The position numbers were made by a program, and so were the translations under genes. A model generated the notes under the pieces. That model was not told the origin of the DNA. It made no database searches and worked only from the letters and a program-made list of their open reading frames with translations. From Setoptus koraiensis (Eukaryota > Animalia > Arthropoda): a DNA stretch of 64,000 bases. The stretch lies in NCBI GenBank assembly GCA_048013815.1, contig CM106586.1, forward strand, positions 20,894,001 through 20,958,000, given 5' to 3'. Positions 1 through 11,299 of the stretch are shown piece by piece. Positions within the stretch are counted from its first letter, which is position 1; each line of letters opens with the position of its first letter.

Positions 1-2960
1 ACATTCGGCCAACAAAGCCCACAAAGGCACACTGACAAACTCAATAACGTATATTGCAATCCTTGTAAACCTCATATATATGTTTATATGGCGTGTGTGT
101 GTGTGTGCGCGCGCCAACATGATGAGTTTAATTTATCAAAGATAAACAATAAATTCACACAATTATTAACTTGACGCCGCTTGCGTCTAGGCTCTAGTTG
201 GCCCCTGTCACCAGTTGGCTGCTGCTGCCGCTGAGCTGCCAACTACAACGCCAACAAGAAGAATAGTTTTAACTGGGCAAACTTGCCCGAATTGAGCTCC
301 AAAATTGGGTGAGAAGTCAACAAAACCTTCGGGCGCCCATTTGGCCCATTAGCCAGACCCAAACAGTGCGGACAGTTAATAATGCAGCTAGTGTCCGCCA
401 GAATGGAGATGGCACGATGACATGATGGTGACACTAACGGCCTCTCGGTACACTAGCATCGCTAAATTGATGATGTGAATGCATGTCCAAAAGCCAATTG
501 GCGCACCGTCGGCATAGAGAGGCCAAAAAGAAGCGTGCCGGAGCATCGTCGCCAGCACTTTCATACAAAGTGCAAAGAAGTGTGCAAGTTTCGCCAGCAA
601 AATTAATAATCTATATACAAGGCAAATCCCATTGTTGTGGTGGATGTAAAGTGTGGTTATACAATAATGATGACTCCTACTACGCCAGCCAATATACACG
701 CCAATGCACACATATTGTAATAATAATACGTATGGGTGTTGATAACAGCAGTCAGTATTGGTATCAGCTAGTGATATTAATCGTCCAACGCTAGTAATAA
801 TGGTCTCATTTACAGCACACCAAACACTGGCAATAAATTACCTAAAAAGCTCATATTCTATTAGGCAGATTGACTGAGCCCTTTGAGATTTCTCTAGTTA
901 CGTAATGAGAAGGACAGTGCTTGTAGTGTTAGTTGCCCTACTCAACAAAGGCCAAACAGTTTGTTATTGCAAACCGTAGAAGTGATACTAAATATATATA
1001 TATATAATACGCTGTAAATGCTGGTACATTATGTTTTGTGTCTATTGTCTAGGCCACACAATAGAGTGAAATGGATCTCAGTGCCTCAAATAAATAGCCG
1101 TTTGACATTAATAACACCAGATAATTTGTGTATTGTTGGCCAACATCAAACTTTTTCTCTCTCTTGAACTAATCGATTGTTCGACCAAACAATTCTACGG
1201 CATATTCGATAGATTACTTCATCGCCTTCATTCTACGACCGTGAAAGCAAGAAGTGAAGCAATTAGTTTTTTTTATCCTCATCTCTTATCTCTCACTCCA
1301 CTACATCTGATCTGCTCTACTTATTATTATTGCCTGATTAAATCCACGCTTGTTGGTGTGAGTGACTAATGCTGCGCAACTAATTAGTATAATCGGTGTC
1401 TACACAGTTGAAAAGAGAATTAATAATAACAACAATTACCATGGCTCAAAACGATTAGGGCAGAATCATTCACTTACTAGTAGGTCTGTTTGTGATATAG
1501 GCCGCAAGAATGCACTCGTGACTCTCTACACATGAGTGATTAGGTCCTAATATGCTTGTGAATATTAGGCGTGCTAATGGACTGTCCTGCATTCGATACG
1601 TCGCCTTTTTCTAATAGCACTATGAGATTCTACCCGACAACTCTTCAGATATGTGAGATAAATAACCCAGATTATACCATTATTAACATCCGAAAAGTTC
1701 ATTGCATCGTAGGGAGGTTGCGAACGTACTTCTTTAGATTTAGAGAATGGCCTAGCAGATGCACTTCCGTCATTTGAACTTGTTACATTCATAGAGTATC
1801 AAAGAATCAATCAGCACGATGAAAAATATCATAGGTAGCCCTTCGGCTGACCACAACTGCCTACTGCCCGAGCAGTCGTTTTCAATCATCCAAATCCTGT
1901 TGGAATGGTGGATTTTTCGTGTTAATGACTCGTTCAGTGTTCGGCATTCTAACATGGTGGTGACAAAGTATTCACCGTGGTGAGATTCGCGCCTCTATCT
2001 TACGGTGGATATTCGTTGCCGGCACTCTGGTAGCCAATAATTATTGTATATTGGCGACACAGTATCCTCTAAATCACGTATCTCTTTTGAGCAAGTATAT
2101 TTCTCAGATTTTCTCGCAGGAGCAACGCCCTTTTTCATAACATGATTCAGCTGATCTGCCGCTAATAATTGAAGGTCTGGGTCGGAATCTCGACGGGGTT
2201 AAAAGTTTGCAGTTTTTCATCGTACAGAAATGAGAGTCCGGTGTAAATCCTTTGATTGCATTGCTCAGGTCGAGGGGTTTCATTTTGGGCAGCCCGTTAA
2301 GGAGTGTCGTCGGCACTTAACAATCTAGCCTCTCCGACCGTCGGCTACTGACAAGGAAACGTATGTTTTCAGTGACCCGTATTCTGGGTTCGATAGTACT
2401 GTCCGAGAGGTGTAAGAGAAGTGTGATCCCGAGCCCGGAAACTCGAATATTTTTTTATCAAAATTTGTTCTGAAGTGATATAAAGTGAAAAGAAATGGCC
2501 GTGCCAGATTACACATGCTCTTGCCCGAGCTGATCAATCTACAGTGAAACAGCTCTACATTGTTGAGATGTTCTAGGGCGTTTCCAGGACGGATCATTGA
2601 TGTTTCGAGGTCGCTTTCGCAAAACTCTCGCGCAAAAACTCTTTTTTCGCAGAAACCAGGTATTTTCCGGGCCAATCATTTTCGAATATTAATCTAGCTC
2701 GAGAACCTCGACAAAACGTATATCAAAATTTTGAGATCCATTCGTCACAGAAACATGTTTCCTGGCGAGACTGCCCTCCTCTAAAATCTGATTACCGTCA
2801 TGTGTAATATCTCTGAATCTAAGTGATACTTGGGCCTACGATCTCCCGCCTCAGTCAACTGACTGAGGGGATACCAATTTCAGAGCGACAACTTCCTTTC
2901 CTACGAAAGCCAAAAAATATTCATCTGAATCATGTTTTTTCATTTTTTTACCTTGATTAG

Positions 2961-4178
2961 GTTTGGTTTCAGAATCGGCGAGCAAAATGGAGAAAGAAAG
3001 AAAAATGTTGGGGAAAGAGCACAATAATGGCAGAATATGGTCTCTATGGGGCAATGGTCAGGCATTCGTTGCCCCTACCGGAGACAATCTTGAAACAGTC
3101 GGCCTCATCAAGCAATGGAGGTGCCGAGAGTGATACAGAAGGTTCGAGTACCACAGCACCATGGCTATTGGGGATGCACAAGAAAAGCCTGGAAGTCACA
3201 ACGACCACCGGTGACCAAAACCAAAACCAGAGCCATCATCAAAACCAGAACCAAAACCAAACTAAAAACCAGAACCAGAACCAAAATCAAGACCAAAACC
3301 AAGATGTAAATCAGAACCTGAATATGAACCAGAGTCTGAATCAGAACCAAAATAGGCGTCATCATCGCGACATTGGTGGGCAGCATGAACAAATTGCTTC
3401 CGTCAATAATAACAAGGGCAATAAAATATCGATATTTTCCAGTATCAGACGAATGTTATCCACCGAGGAAGATGATCAGTCTAATACTGATTTCAAATCA
3501 TCATCTTCTAATTTAGAATCTTGTCCGATTAGTCACCAATCTGACCAAGCAGCTGCTTATTTATATCCGAATTCATCAACTCAACTAACACAACATCAAC
3601 ACCAAAATCAACACCAGATCCACCAGCAAAACCAACGTCAGCAGCAACACCCACACCCACTCCTACACCAACACCAACACCCACTCCCACACGCACTTCC
3701 ACACGCACACCAGCAACAACTGCAACTACACCTACACCAGAGACAAAGACAGAGACAGCAGCAACAGCAACAGCAGCAGTCTGGCAATATAATGCTTAAT
3801 GAGAAATTGCCAACGAGACCACCCAACCTACAACAGATTATGAATTCTATTTCACGAGATAGTTCACAATTTATGCAACAACACTTTATTCCTGACACTG
3901 ATTTCTTGGCAGCAGCTGCATCTATAAACAACCATCCATGGTTTAATCAATGGATCTCGTATTTTTGCATGATGAAACAACAGCAACCATTTCACTTACA
4001 GCAACAGCAACAACCACAACAACAACAACAATCACAGCAACAACCCGTGGAAAGTCTACATGGTAGTGGCAATAATGTCGCATCTAATTGTCCGGTGGTG
4101 GCTTCCAGTCGGAATCGGCTCACTGGAGCTATATTTGGAGCTTGTGATCCCTCGGTGCGCAGAATACACAGAGAATAA
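2961..4178 (+). CDS. Vsx: Terminal coding exon of a Vsx/Chx10/ceh-10-family Q50 paired-like homeodomain + CVC-domain transcription factor (5' exons upstream of window)
   Basis: Acceptor ttttttaccttgattag|G at 2960/2961 opens in phase 0 into [45 protein letters not shown]...[13 protein letters not shown], i.e. homeodomain helix 3 followed by the diagnostic CVC domain. The intron position before V47 is the conserved PRD-class position. The frame is continuous with the 3027-4178 ORF and ends at TAA. Confidence 0.96.
   Translation, partial: VWFQNRRAKWRKKEKCWGKSTIMAEYGLYGAMVRHSLPLPETILKQSASSSNGGAESDTEGSSTTAPWLLGMHKKSLEVTTTTGDQNQNQSHHQNQNQNQTKNQNQNQNQDQNQDVNQNLNMNQSLNQNQNRRHHRDIGGQHEQIASVNNNKGNKISIFSSIRRMLSTEEDDQSNTDFKSSSSNLESCPISHQSDQAAAYLYPNSSTQLTQHQHQNQHQIHQQNQRQQQHPHPLLHQHQHPLPHALPHAHQQQLQLHLHQRQRQRQQQQQQQQSGNIMLNEKLPTRPPNLQQIMNSISRDSSQFMQQHFIPDTDFLAAAASINNHPWFNQWISYFCMMKQQQPFHLQQQQQPQQQQQSQQQPVESLHGSGNNVASNCPVVASSRNRLTGAIFGACDPSVRRIHRE
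3216..3353 (+). repeat. Coding (CARAAY)n hexanucleotide repeat encoding a Gln-Asn dipeptide tract in Vsx
   Basis: caaaaccaaaaccag...cagaaccaaaat translates as [29 protein letters not shown]... Confidence 0.9.
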
Positions 4179-4219
4179 GCAAGTGTTCAATGTTGAAGTG
4201 ACATTTATCGAATCCTGAC

Positions 4220-4225
4220 AATAAA
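4220..4225 (+). terminator. Candidate polyadenylation signal of Vsx
   Basis: AATAAA about 40 nt after the stop codon, followed by T-rich sequence. Confidence 0.5.
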
Positions 4226-4674
4226 TCAGATTTGTTTCATCATCATTTAGTTCTTATTGTAGTAGCCTGTTTTATAACCGACCCACTATCATATTGAGTG
4301 TATCGTAATTGAATTAAAACTCTCCACCGCATTCATCGTCCATTAAAGTTGATGATGCTCAGAAGTGAATGCTTCATTGAACATTGGAATGGACGATGAT
4401 CGCTTAATGTGACTCTTGCATAAGATAATAGAACCTCTAATATATGGCATGCTTCACTGCATGCCATCTATGGTTGCGATCACAACAATTGTATGCAACA
4501 AGCGCTAGGGTCCCCGGTCCGTTATCAACCTCAAACCTATTAGTTACATAGCCAGGCAATAGACTGGGGTCGCTTTATCCACTACGGAAGCCAAAATATG
4601 GCGTGCACGGTCGGTTAAAAGATCTCACATGGATCAATCGTTTTGCAAAAGATAGAGTTACATTAAAATGTTAT

Positions 4675-5100
4675 TAAATGTTGCTTTTTGGTAACCAATC
4701 TCGCGCGCACTATTTCAAAAGGCACATTAAATTGTGATGATCTTGCACCAGATGTCTCTGTCTCTCACTCATGTTGAGACACACTCTGTGTTTCCATTTT
4801 GCACCAAAACCACAGTGCATTTTCTCAAATGCACAGTGGAAGCGACGCAAGCACAGATTGTAAAAAAGCAAACATTGCGCCTGCCGTAGCCATGATCACA
4901 CTCATTGCACTCAGCACAGAAAGAGCACAAACTGCATGTTCTGTGCTACTGCACAGGTGGCTCTGTGCTTTCGTCGCTTGATCCTGTCACCCTATAGAGC
5001 CACATGAGTGAGAGACAGAGACATCTGGTGCACGATCATCACAATGTGATGTGCTTTTTGAATTGTGCGCGCGAGATTGGTTACTAAAAAGCAACACTTA
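4675..5100. mobile_element. MITE-like / foldback non-autonomous DNA element with ~100-bp terminal inverted repeats
   Basis: Arm 4675-4774 is the reverse complement of 5002-5100 with about 8 differences counted by eye (~92%). Both ends carry TA (possible TA target duplication). A second internal inverted pair lies at 4840-4857 / 4962-4979 (17/18). No convincing ORF. Confidence 0.8.
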
Positions 5101-5550
5101 CAAGGTAAGCTAGGTGATCTTTACCCTCGGATTTTCCTCTAATGGGTCTATTCTTATAGATCTCGACGAGCTGAGTCGAACCCGGATAACCGTTTACCCG
5201 GAAAATTAATTGACAACATTTTAGTGTAACTCCATCTTTTGCGAATATGAGTCTGAGGTAATTGTTTGGTATAGACTCTATCATTATGCGCTGCGAAAAG
5301 TTTTGATGCATTCCCATTAGCAAAGGTACATTCTCGCTGAATTTTGAGCGGATGCTTAATTTTCCAGGAAGTTTTTACACCAGAAATTCTCCATTCAATC
5401 GTGTTATGAGTCTATGGCGCGGCTTACAATTGTGAAATCTTTGCCAACAGATTACCTTGGACTCATACTCTTCAAAAAAAAAAAAGTTACCATGGGGATC
5501 GGAAGTTATTCTAGAAAAAAGTTAGACAATCTAAGTTGGGACACCCCGTA
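5101..5550 (-). mobile_element. Possible remnant end of a Tc1/mariner-superfamily element
   Basis: Minus strand begins TA-CGGGGTGTCCCAA at 5550, resembling TA|CAGGGTG-type termini. Partner TIR and transposase motifs not found. Confidence 0.3.
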
Positions 5551-5658
5551 TTTATCAATAGTTCACTTTTATTTTACCTGCTAGCTCTCAGATAGTTTTT
5601 CTATTCAATATGAGTGTTGCAAAAAACATTATAATAATCATTTCAAACTTATTTTTTT

Positions 5659-5664
5659 TTTATT
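5659..5664 (-). terminator. Candidate polyadenylation signal of the minus-strand gene (second AATAAA at 5568-5573)
   Basis: Plus-strand tttatt = AATAAA on the minus strand, about 43 nt past the TGA at 5707-5709. Confidence 0.45.
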
Positions 5665-5706
5665 TTGCTTTGTTTTACGATAGTGCAAGTGAGAATTACA
5701 TTTCAA

Positions 5707-7747
5707 TCACTCCGGACGATTCCATTCATCGAGAAACGAATCAACGGCTCCTGGCTCTCTAAACATGGCCTCTAGCTTCTTTTGTATGGCACCTTTTCTA
5801 AGCTTCTCACCTGTTCTGGCGCAAGCTAATGTTATGGCCGTTTGTACCGTCAATCGGTGTTTTAATACAATTAGAATGGTCTTTGGTACCACTGGCATCT
5901 TGAGGGCCACAGTCGATCTAATAGATGGATCGGCCATCGCTTCTTCTGGGCCCACTCTTCTTCTACTATAACGTCTTGTAGAATATTTGGTCCTTACAGT
6001 CTGATAATGAGGATTATTCAATAAATGAGAGGCTGATGAAGGTGTATGAAGATGCGATGATGATGATGTTGAATTGTGATGATGACTATTATTATTATTA
6101 TTGTTGATATTGTTGCTATGTGATGAGGAGGAATGAACATTATGAATGACTAACGCAGATGATGATTTGGCAATGTTTGTTAAATTTGTTGGACTATTAC
6201 TATTCTGGTTTAGGCTATCTCTCATATTTTGATTGTTATTTTGATGATTGCCACAATTGACGGCACCGGCGGCGGAAGCCAACGCTGCAGCACTGGTCAA
6301 TGATGACAATGAAGACGGCCTAGACGATGAGGCCAGTGCTGAGAGAAATTGAGAAGCGGCCAATATTGCCGCTGGCGAGTTAGCAGCGGCCGCGGCCGCA
6401 GCAGCAGATGAAGAGCGATGATGATGGGAGGATAATCTATGCCCGTTGATACTGCCAGGGGGCGACATTGAGGCCGGCGAATGATTCGAAGACTGGTGAT
6501 TGTGATGCTGGCTATGATGTTGTTGCTGTGGCTGGTGTTGCTGCTGGTGATGGTGGTGATGATGATGAGACATGAGATTGGCAGATGTTATATTGTGGGG
6601 CTGGGGAGATCCAACACGCATTCTAGAGGAGTTGCCACCACCAGAATTAAATGATCCTGATTGATGATTATCATTTGTACTCTTTCGCAGAGAAATATAT
6701 CCTGACCCCGGTGAGGCGTTATGGCTCAAAGATGGCAAATTATTACTAGGACTATGTAGATGGTCATGTAAATTAGTGCTACGTCTTGCAGAATTTAAAT
6801 TTGCGTTTGTCAGATTGCGCTGCTGTTCAGCTTGTAACTTTTCCAGTGCCAATGTAAATCTAGAGTGATGATTACTAGATCCTGATGATGAACCTTGGCC
6901 ACCCACGGAGGTGCCACTGGCTGCCGCAGCTGCGGCTGCAGCCGCCGCGGCTTGTGCAACCAATTGGGAATGATGCGAAAGAGCAGCGGCTCCCAATGGT
7001 CCAGATAATTGAGAAGGCGAGTGACTAGCTGCTCTTCCTGCAACAGATGATGGCATAACTGTTAAATTGTTGTGACTTGCTATACCACTCGTTGGCGTCT
7101 GACGGTTAGATTCTGTGTTATGTATAGATTCAATAGCCATGGTTAGGTGGTTTAGTTGTATGAGTATCTCTTGATTGGAAGTCTCTATTCTATCTAGTTG
7201 TTGTTCCAATGATTCCGAGCGTTCCTCTTGACGTCTAGATCTATCCTCTAATGTATCCAAATTGTCCTGTATACGTCTGAGATAATCAACAAATAGCGAG
7301 CGTAGATCCAACTGTTTTTGCAGACCGCTATCATTGTTGTCATCCTCATCAAGGGCCATTGCGGTCTCCATATTACCACCAACTGTACCACTACCAGGGC
7401 GAGCCGCTCCACCAAGTGTATCCAGCGATATTGGACAATCGCCTACACTACCTACTTGATCCAGGACCATACCAACTACTTCATTTGTTATTTGCTGATT
7501 ATGTGAATTTCGGTGGAAACGATTGCTAGTGGTATGACGATTTTGGAGGTGTTGGTGGTGCTGACGCTGTTGCTGCTGTTGTCTGGTATGATGGTTATGG
7601 TGATGCTGTTGATGGCTATTCCTGTCAGGATTTCGATTGTCAACTTCTTCGTCGTCACGACTTTGGTGTATTAGACTATCGTGATCCTCCTCATCATCAT
7701 CATTTCCATCTTCGCTTTCGCAATATCGACTATCATCATAATAACTA
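5707..7747 (-). CDS. Exon 2 of a ~984-aa low-complexity protein (coiled coil, His/Gln/Ala/Asn/Ser tracts, basic C-terminal domain); putative nuclear regulator
   Basis: The frame of the 587-aa ORF (7470-5707) stays open upstream to 7764. An in-phase acceptor (..CCAAG|T at 7748/7747, tandem TAG at 7745/7744) matches the phase-2 donor of exon 1. Heptad-like segment LDLRSLF...LTMAIESI at 7311-7123; non-repetitive C-terminus at 6009-5710. Confidence 0.85.
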
Positions 7748-9214
7748 CTTGGATATTTTTTTTGTTAAATTATATGAATGTGATTTGTCCATTCAGTATC
7801 CAAGGTTAGATCATGTGAAACATTATGTTGACGATCCACCATTTTAAGTTTGCATGTTACAGGATCATTTGAAATGGCGAGATAGAGAACGATATAGAGA
7901 AGTGATTAGTTTCTTATCTAAATCTAGTCGGAGTTGTCGTTTTTTTTTTAGTTAGATGTGCGCCATAAATTTATATCAGTTTAATCCCTAATTAAAGTTC
8001 GCTATATAACTCAAACAAGGGAAGGAATTCTGGCAGCTAGTTAAAGGATGTGAACAAGCTGCTGATGGTGAGACAAAATCAACAAGTGACACACAAGTTG
8101 TGTACAAATTCTTCGTTCTCAGATTATATATGAACAATCTGTTATTGTTGAGAGAAGATAGAATGCAATAAACTTTAGATTATGATGATTTATTATTGGA
8201 TATACTCACTACATACAGACAGTGAATACTTTTCACGATATCTATTCAACTGTAATAATCTCATTGCACCATACAAGATTAACTATTCTCGTGAGAGCTA
8301 AAAGACTAGACGCCAACACCAGAAGATTATCAACATATCAACAACTATCACCACAATTATAAATAGATTTTACGAAGAAATCGTCGACTCGGCGAATCAA
8401 ACAATAAATATTGTTTCGTTTGTTATTTATGATTGATCTCGTGCTTTAGTATCAATTCGCATTCTCTATCATGAGAAAATGTGTTACTGTTGATATTAGT
8501 TGTTGTTTTTGTTAATAATCAGACGAAAGTAGTAGCAGCACTATAAGAAGCACTTTGTGTCTAGAAGCCCTGGTAACAATTAAAAGAATGGTCTTTATAT
8601 CGTTATTGTAGAATATTAACTGCTCTCTAAACAGTAAGAGACTGTGTAATTTGAAACAACATGTGCTTTTTATAAAAATTATCATCATCATCTTCGTCGT
8701 GTTGATGTTATAAAAGGATGAAATTAGATGAGATCAGCATTACAATGCTGCATGATTGGTATCAATTAGAAACATTTCAGTGTGATTATCTGCCAGTTAC
8801 TACATTTCACATGAAATGTTAGCACTGGCAATGATAATAACAAACAACTAAATTAATCATAATAGCAAATAGAAGCTAGAGCCAAAGAAGCTAGAATCTA
8901 GACCTAAGACAAACAGATAAGATTAGTAGTAGGTTGAAACCATCTTTTTACTCTCTCCCTCTCTCTTGACTTCCCTCTTGATTTACAAAAAAAAAATATT
9001 ATTATTGCTATTCTTCCTTCATTTGTATCTCCTATTGATGACGGCGCGCGTTTGTTGACGCTGAAAAGAAACACAAGCCAATCAAACGATGATCAAATAT
9101 TTAGAAACAAGACATTTTTAATCTAGATAATATCTATTTAGATAAGGATTCCTCTTGTATACACATCTTCAATATGTATGTTGAACAAACTTATAGTATC
9201 ATGTATATCATATC

Positions 9215-9255
<41 letters not shown>

Positions 9256-9476
9256 CTGCTGATACTAGTGAAGATGTCATGATCAATTATGTTAGAGTAG
9301 ATGTATTGCAGATGATGATACAAACCACAATGACATATCGAGGTCGAACTATATATATGTTGGCAACGACAAATCTTAGCTGATTCGAACAAGCGATAGC
9401 TCTTCAATGATCCAGATGAAACGGATAAGAGAGATATTCAAAGTAAAAATCATATTGGAGTGTATGTTATACTTAC
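7748..9476 (-). other. Predicted 1729-nt GT-AG intron with distant branch point
   Basis: Donor CC|GTAAGT at 9477/9476. Branch-like ACTAAT at 7910-7905, then a pyrimidine tract (7904-7876) and no AG until 7749-7748. Joining gives 914+2041=2955 nt = 985 codons with no frameshift. Confidence 0.7.
9218..9253. repeat. (AT)n microsatellite, ~18 units, intronic
   Basis: Direct reading. Confidence 0.95.
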
Positions 9477-10390
9477 GGATTAAAAGTTGAGTAGTTTCCG
9501 TTAGTATTTGTATCATTATTGTTGTTGTTCGGGGTTGCATTTGTGGGAGTTGTTGGAGTTGCATTTGAGTTTGAATTTGTATTATATAAATTAAGATCTA
9601 GATTGATATTTTTGTTGTTGTTTATGGAATCTTGATCATTATTATTATCTAAATTATTGTTGTTGATATTGGTAGAGTTGTTGGTGTTGATTAAGTTAGC
9701 CGCTAGATTTTGTTTGTTGTTGCAATTGGCCAATGCCGATGCCTTCAAGTTAAAACTATTACTATTAATCATGCTTGCATCGTTGTTGTTATTATTAGTA
9801 TTATTTAGATTCATATTTGTAATATTGTTGTTGTTGTGATTAATATTAATATTGTTATTATTGATGGTTTTACTAGAGCTGAGATTTAATTTGAGTGAGT
9901 TTTTGCCGTCTGTATTATTATTGTTGTTGGTGGTGATACTGGTGCTGGTGTTGTGATGACGCTGATGCTGTAGGTGGCTTGTTTGATCTTGCATGCATTG
10001 GGACGAGGGAGATCTTGTATGTAAATTAAGATGTTGCTGATTTAATTGTTCGTCTTCTTCCTCGTCGTCATCATCATCGTCTTCATCAATCAATTGGTCT
10101 TGGCGCTGATCACGATTAAACCGATGCCTACTACTACTATTGAGCTGTAGCCGATCAACATGTTGTGTGTGATGCTGACGATCGTCTAATAGTTCGTCGT
10201 CGTCGTCATCGTCGCCGTCATCTTCATCGTCATCGTCGTCAGAATGTTTGGCAAGCGCATACTTGTTGTTGGTGTTGCCGGTGTTGCGTAATTGTTGCAA
10301 TTGTTGATTAAGCATGTGGTCGCTTTCTTCTTGGTCTCTAGCGGCGCCCGTTTGTTCATCTTCCATTCGAACGAGTTGCGACATTGACAT
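9477..10390 (-). CDS. Exon 1 of the same low-complexity protein (acidic Asp tracts and Asn-rich region)
   Basis: ATG at 10390 opens a 305-aa ORF (MSMSQLVRMEDEQ...) with poly-D, poly-N and Q/H tracts. A perfect GTAAGT donor lies immediately before the in-frame stop. Confidence 0.8.
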
Positions 10391-10566
10391 GGCAGTGGGA
10401 CACGACAGCTATGACGTGACCGAGTGGGTGACAAAGTGGGATTTATGGTGAACCGGGGCAGCAGTAGCGGCGGATATTTGTCATGAGCGCATCAGGGGCG
10501 CTAGTAAATATAAATAGTTGAAAATGTGAACACTGCCACTAACTCAGTTGCTTGGAATGGTCGTCT

Positions 10567-10673
10567 AAAATTGTTTGAAACGTTGCTTTAAAATTGTCTG
10601 GGATGCTCGCTTGAAATTGTGTGAGGTGCTCGCTGGAAATTGTTTGAGGTGTTGGCTTGGAATTGTTTGGGTC
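10567..10673. repeat. Degenerate 23-bp tandem repeat, ~5 copies, upstream of the minus-strand gene ATG
   Basis: Units start at 10567, 10590, 10613, 10636 and 10659; consensus about RAAATTGTYTGRGGTGYTCGCTT. Confidence 0.8.
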
Positions 10674-11299
10674 TAAAATGGTTGTTGTTGCTATTGGTTG
10701 ATGCGAACAGAATTGCTAAAAATGATTCCGTGCAGCGACTGCGATGGTGTCCACGGGAACGGGGGCGCTTGCGAATAGTGTGATGATAATGGCAGCTAAT
10801 TGCCAAGATAAAACTCGTGCGTCTTGCGGCGGTGCGTCGAAAGTGGAAATGGCGGCGGCTGCATCACTGGCAACTTGCAACTTGTAACTGGCAAACGTGC
10901 GCTGACGCTGACGATCTGTCGCTCTCAGCGGCAATGGCAGCAGCAGCTCGAGTGCTCACGGCAGCGGCAGCAGTAGTTTATCACTAACAGTAGAACAGAA
11001 TGACGATGATATCGACGATGATGAAATAGTGGGCAGCGTGCGTAGGGGAGAGAATTTTCCATAAATTGGTATTCTCTGTCTCTGTTGCTGCGTCTCTTGC
11101 TCTGTTGCTGTCTAGTCGGCGAAGATTAGCGCTGCTGCTGCTGCTGCTACTATTATTATTTGCGCTGCTATTATTATGCGCCGTGTGCGCTGTATGCGGC
11201 GCTCGATGCGCTGGATTGGCCGCTGGATCGAGTGTGTGCAACTTGTGCAGTGTAAGTGTGTGCGCGATAGTCGAGTGCGTGGTGCTAGCCCAGTGTTAC

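Noticed and set aside
1-2960. Upstream Vsx homeodomain exon (helices 1-2)
   Set aside because: I searched for RRHRT, YPD and EDRIQ coding strings and a matching donor and found none; the exon must lie before the window
3115-3931. Overlapping and antisense ORFs (3115-3309, 3165-3392, 3638-3931)
   Set aside because: Alternate-frame shadows of the Vsx QN and polyQ repeats
5171-5190. tRNA/Pol III B-box-like GGGTTCGACTC on the minus strand
   Set aside because: No T-arm stem, A-box or cloverleaf around it
7745-7792. Alternative start MDKSHSYNLTKK joined to exon 2 by a frameshift at the A8 run
   Set aside because: It would need a +1 shift or an A7 run; the A_AAA_AAA heptamer would give -1, the wrong frame. 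The in-phase splice model explains the data without an error
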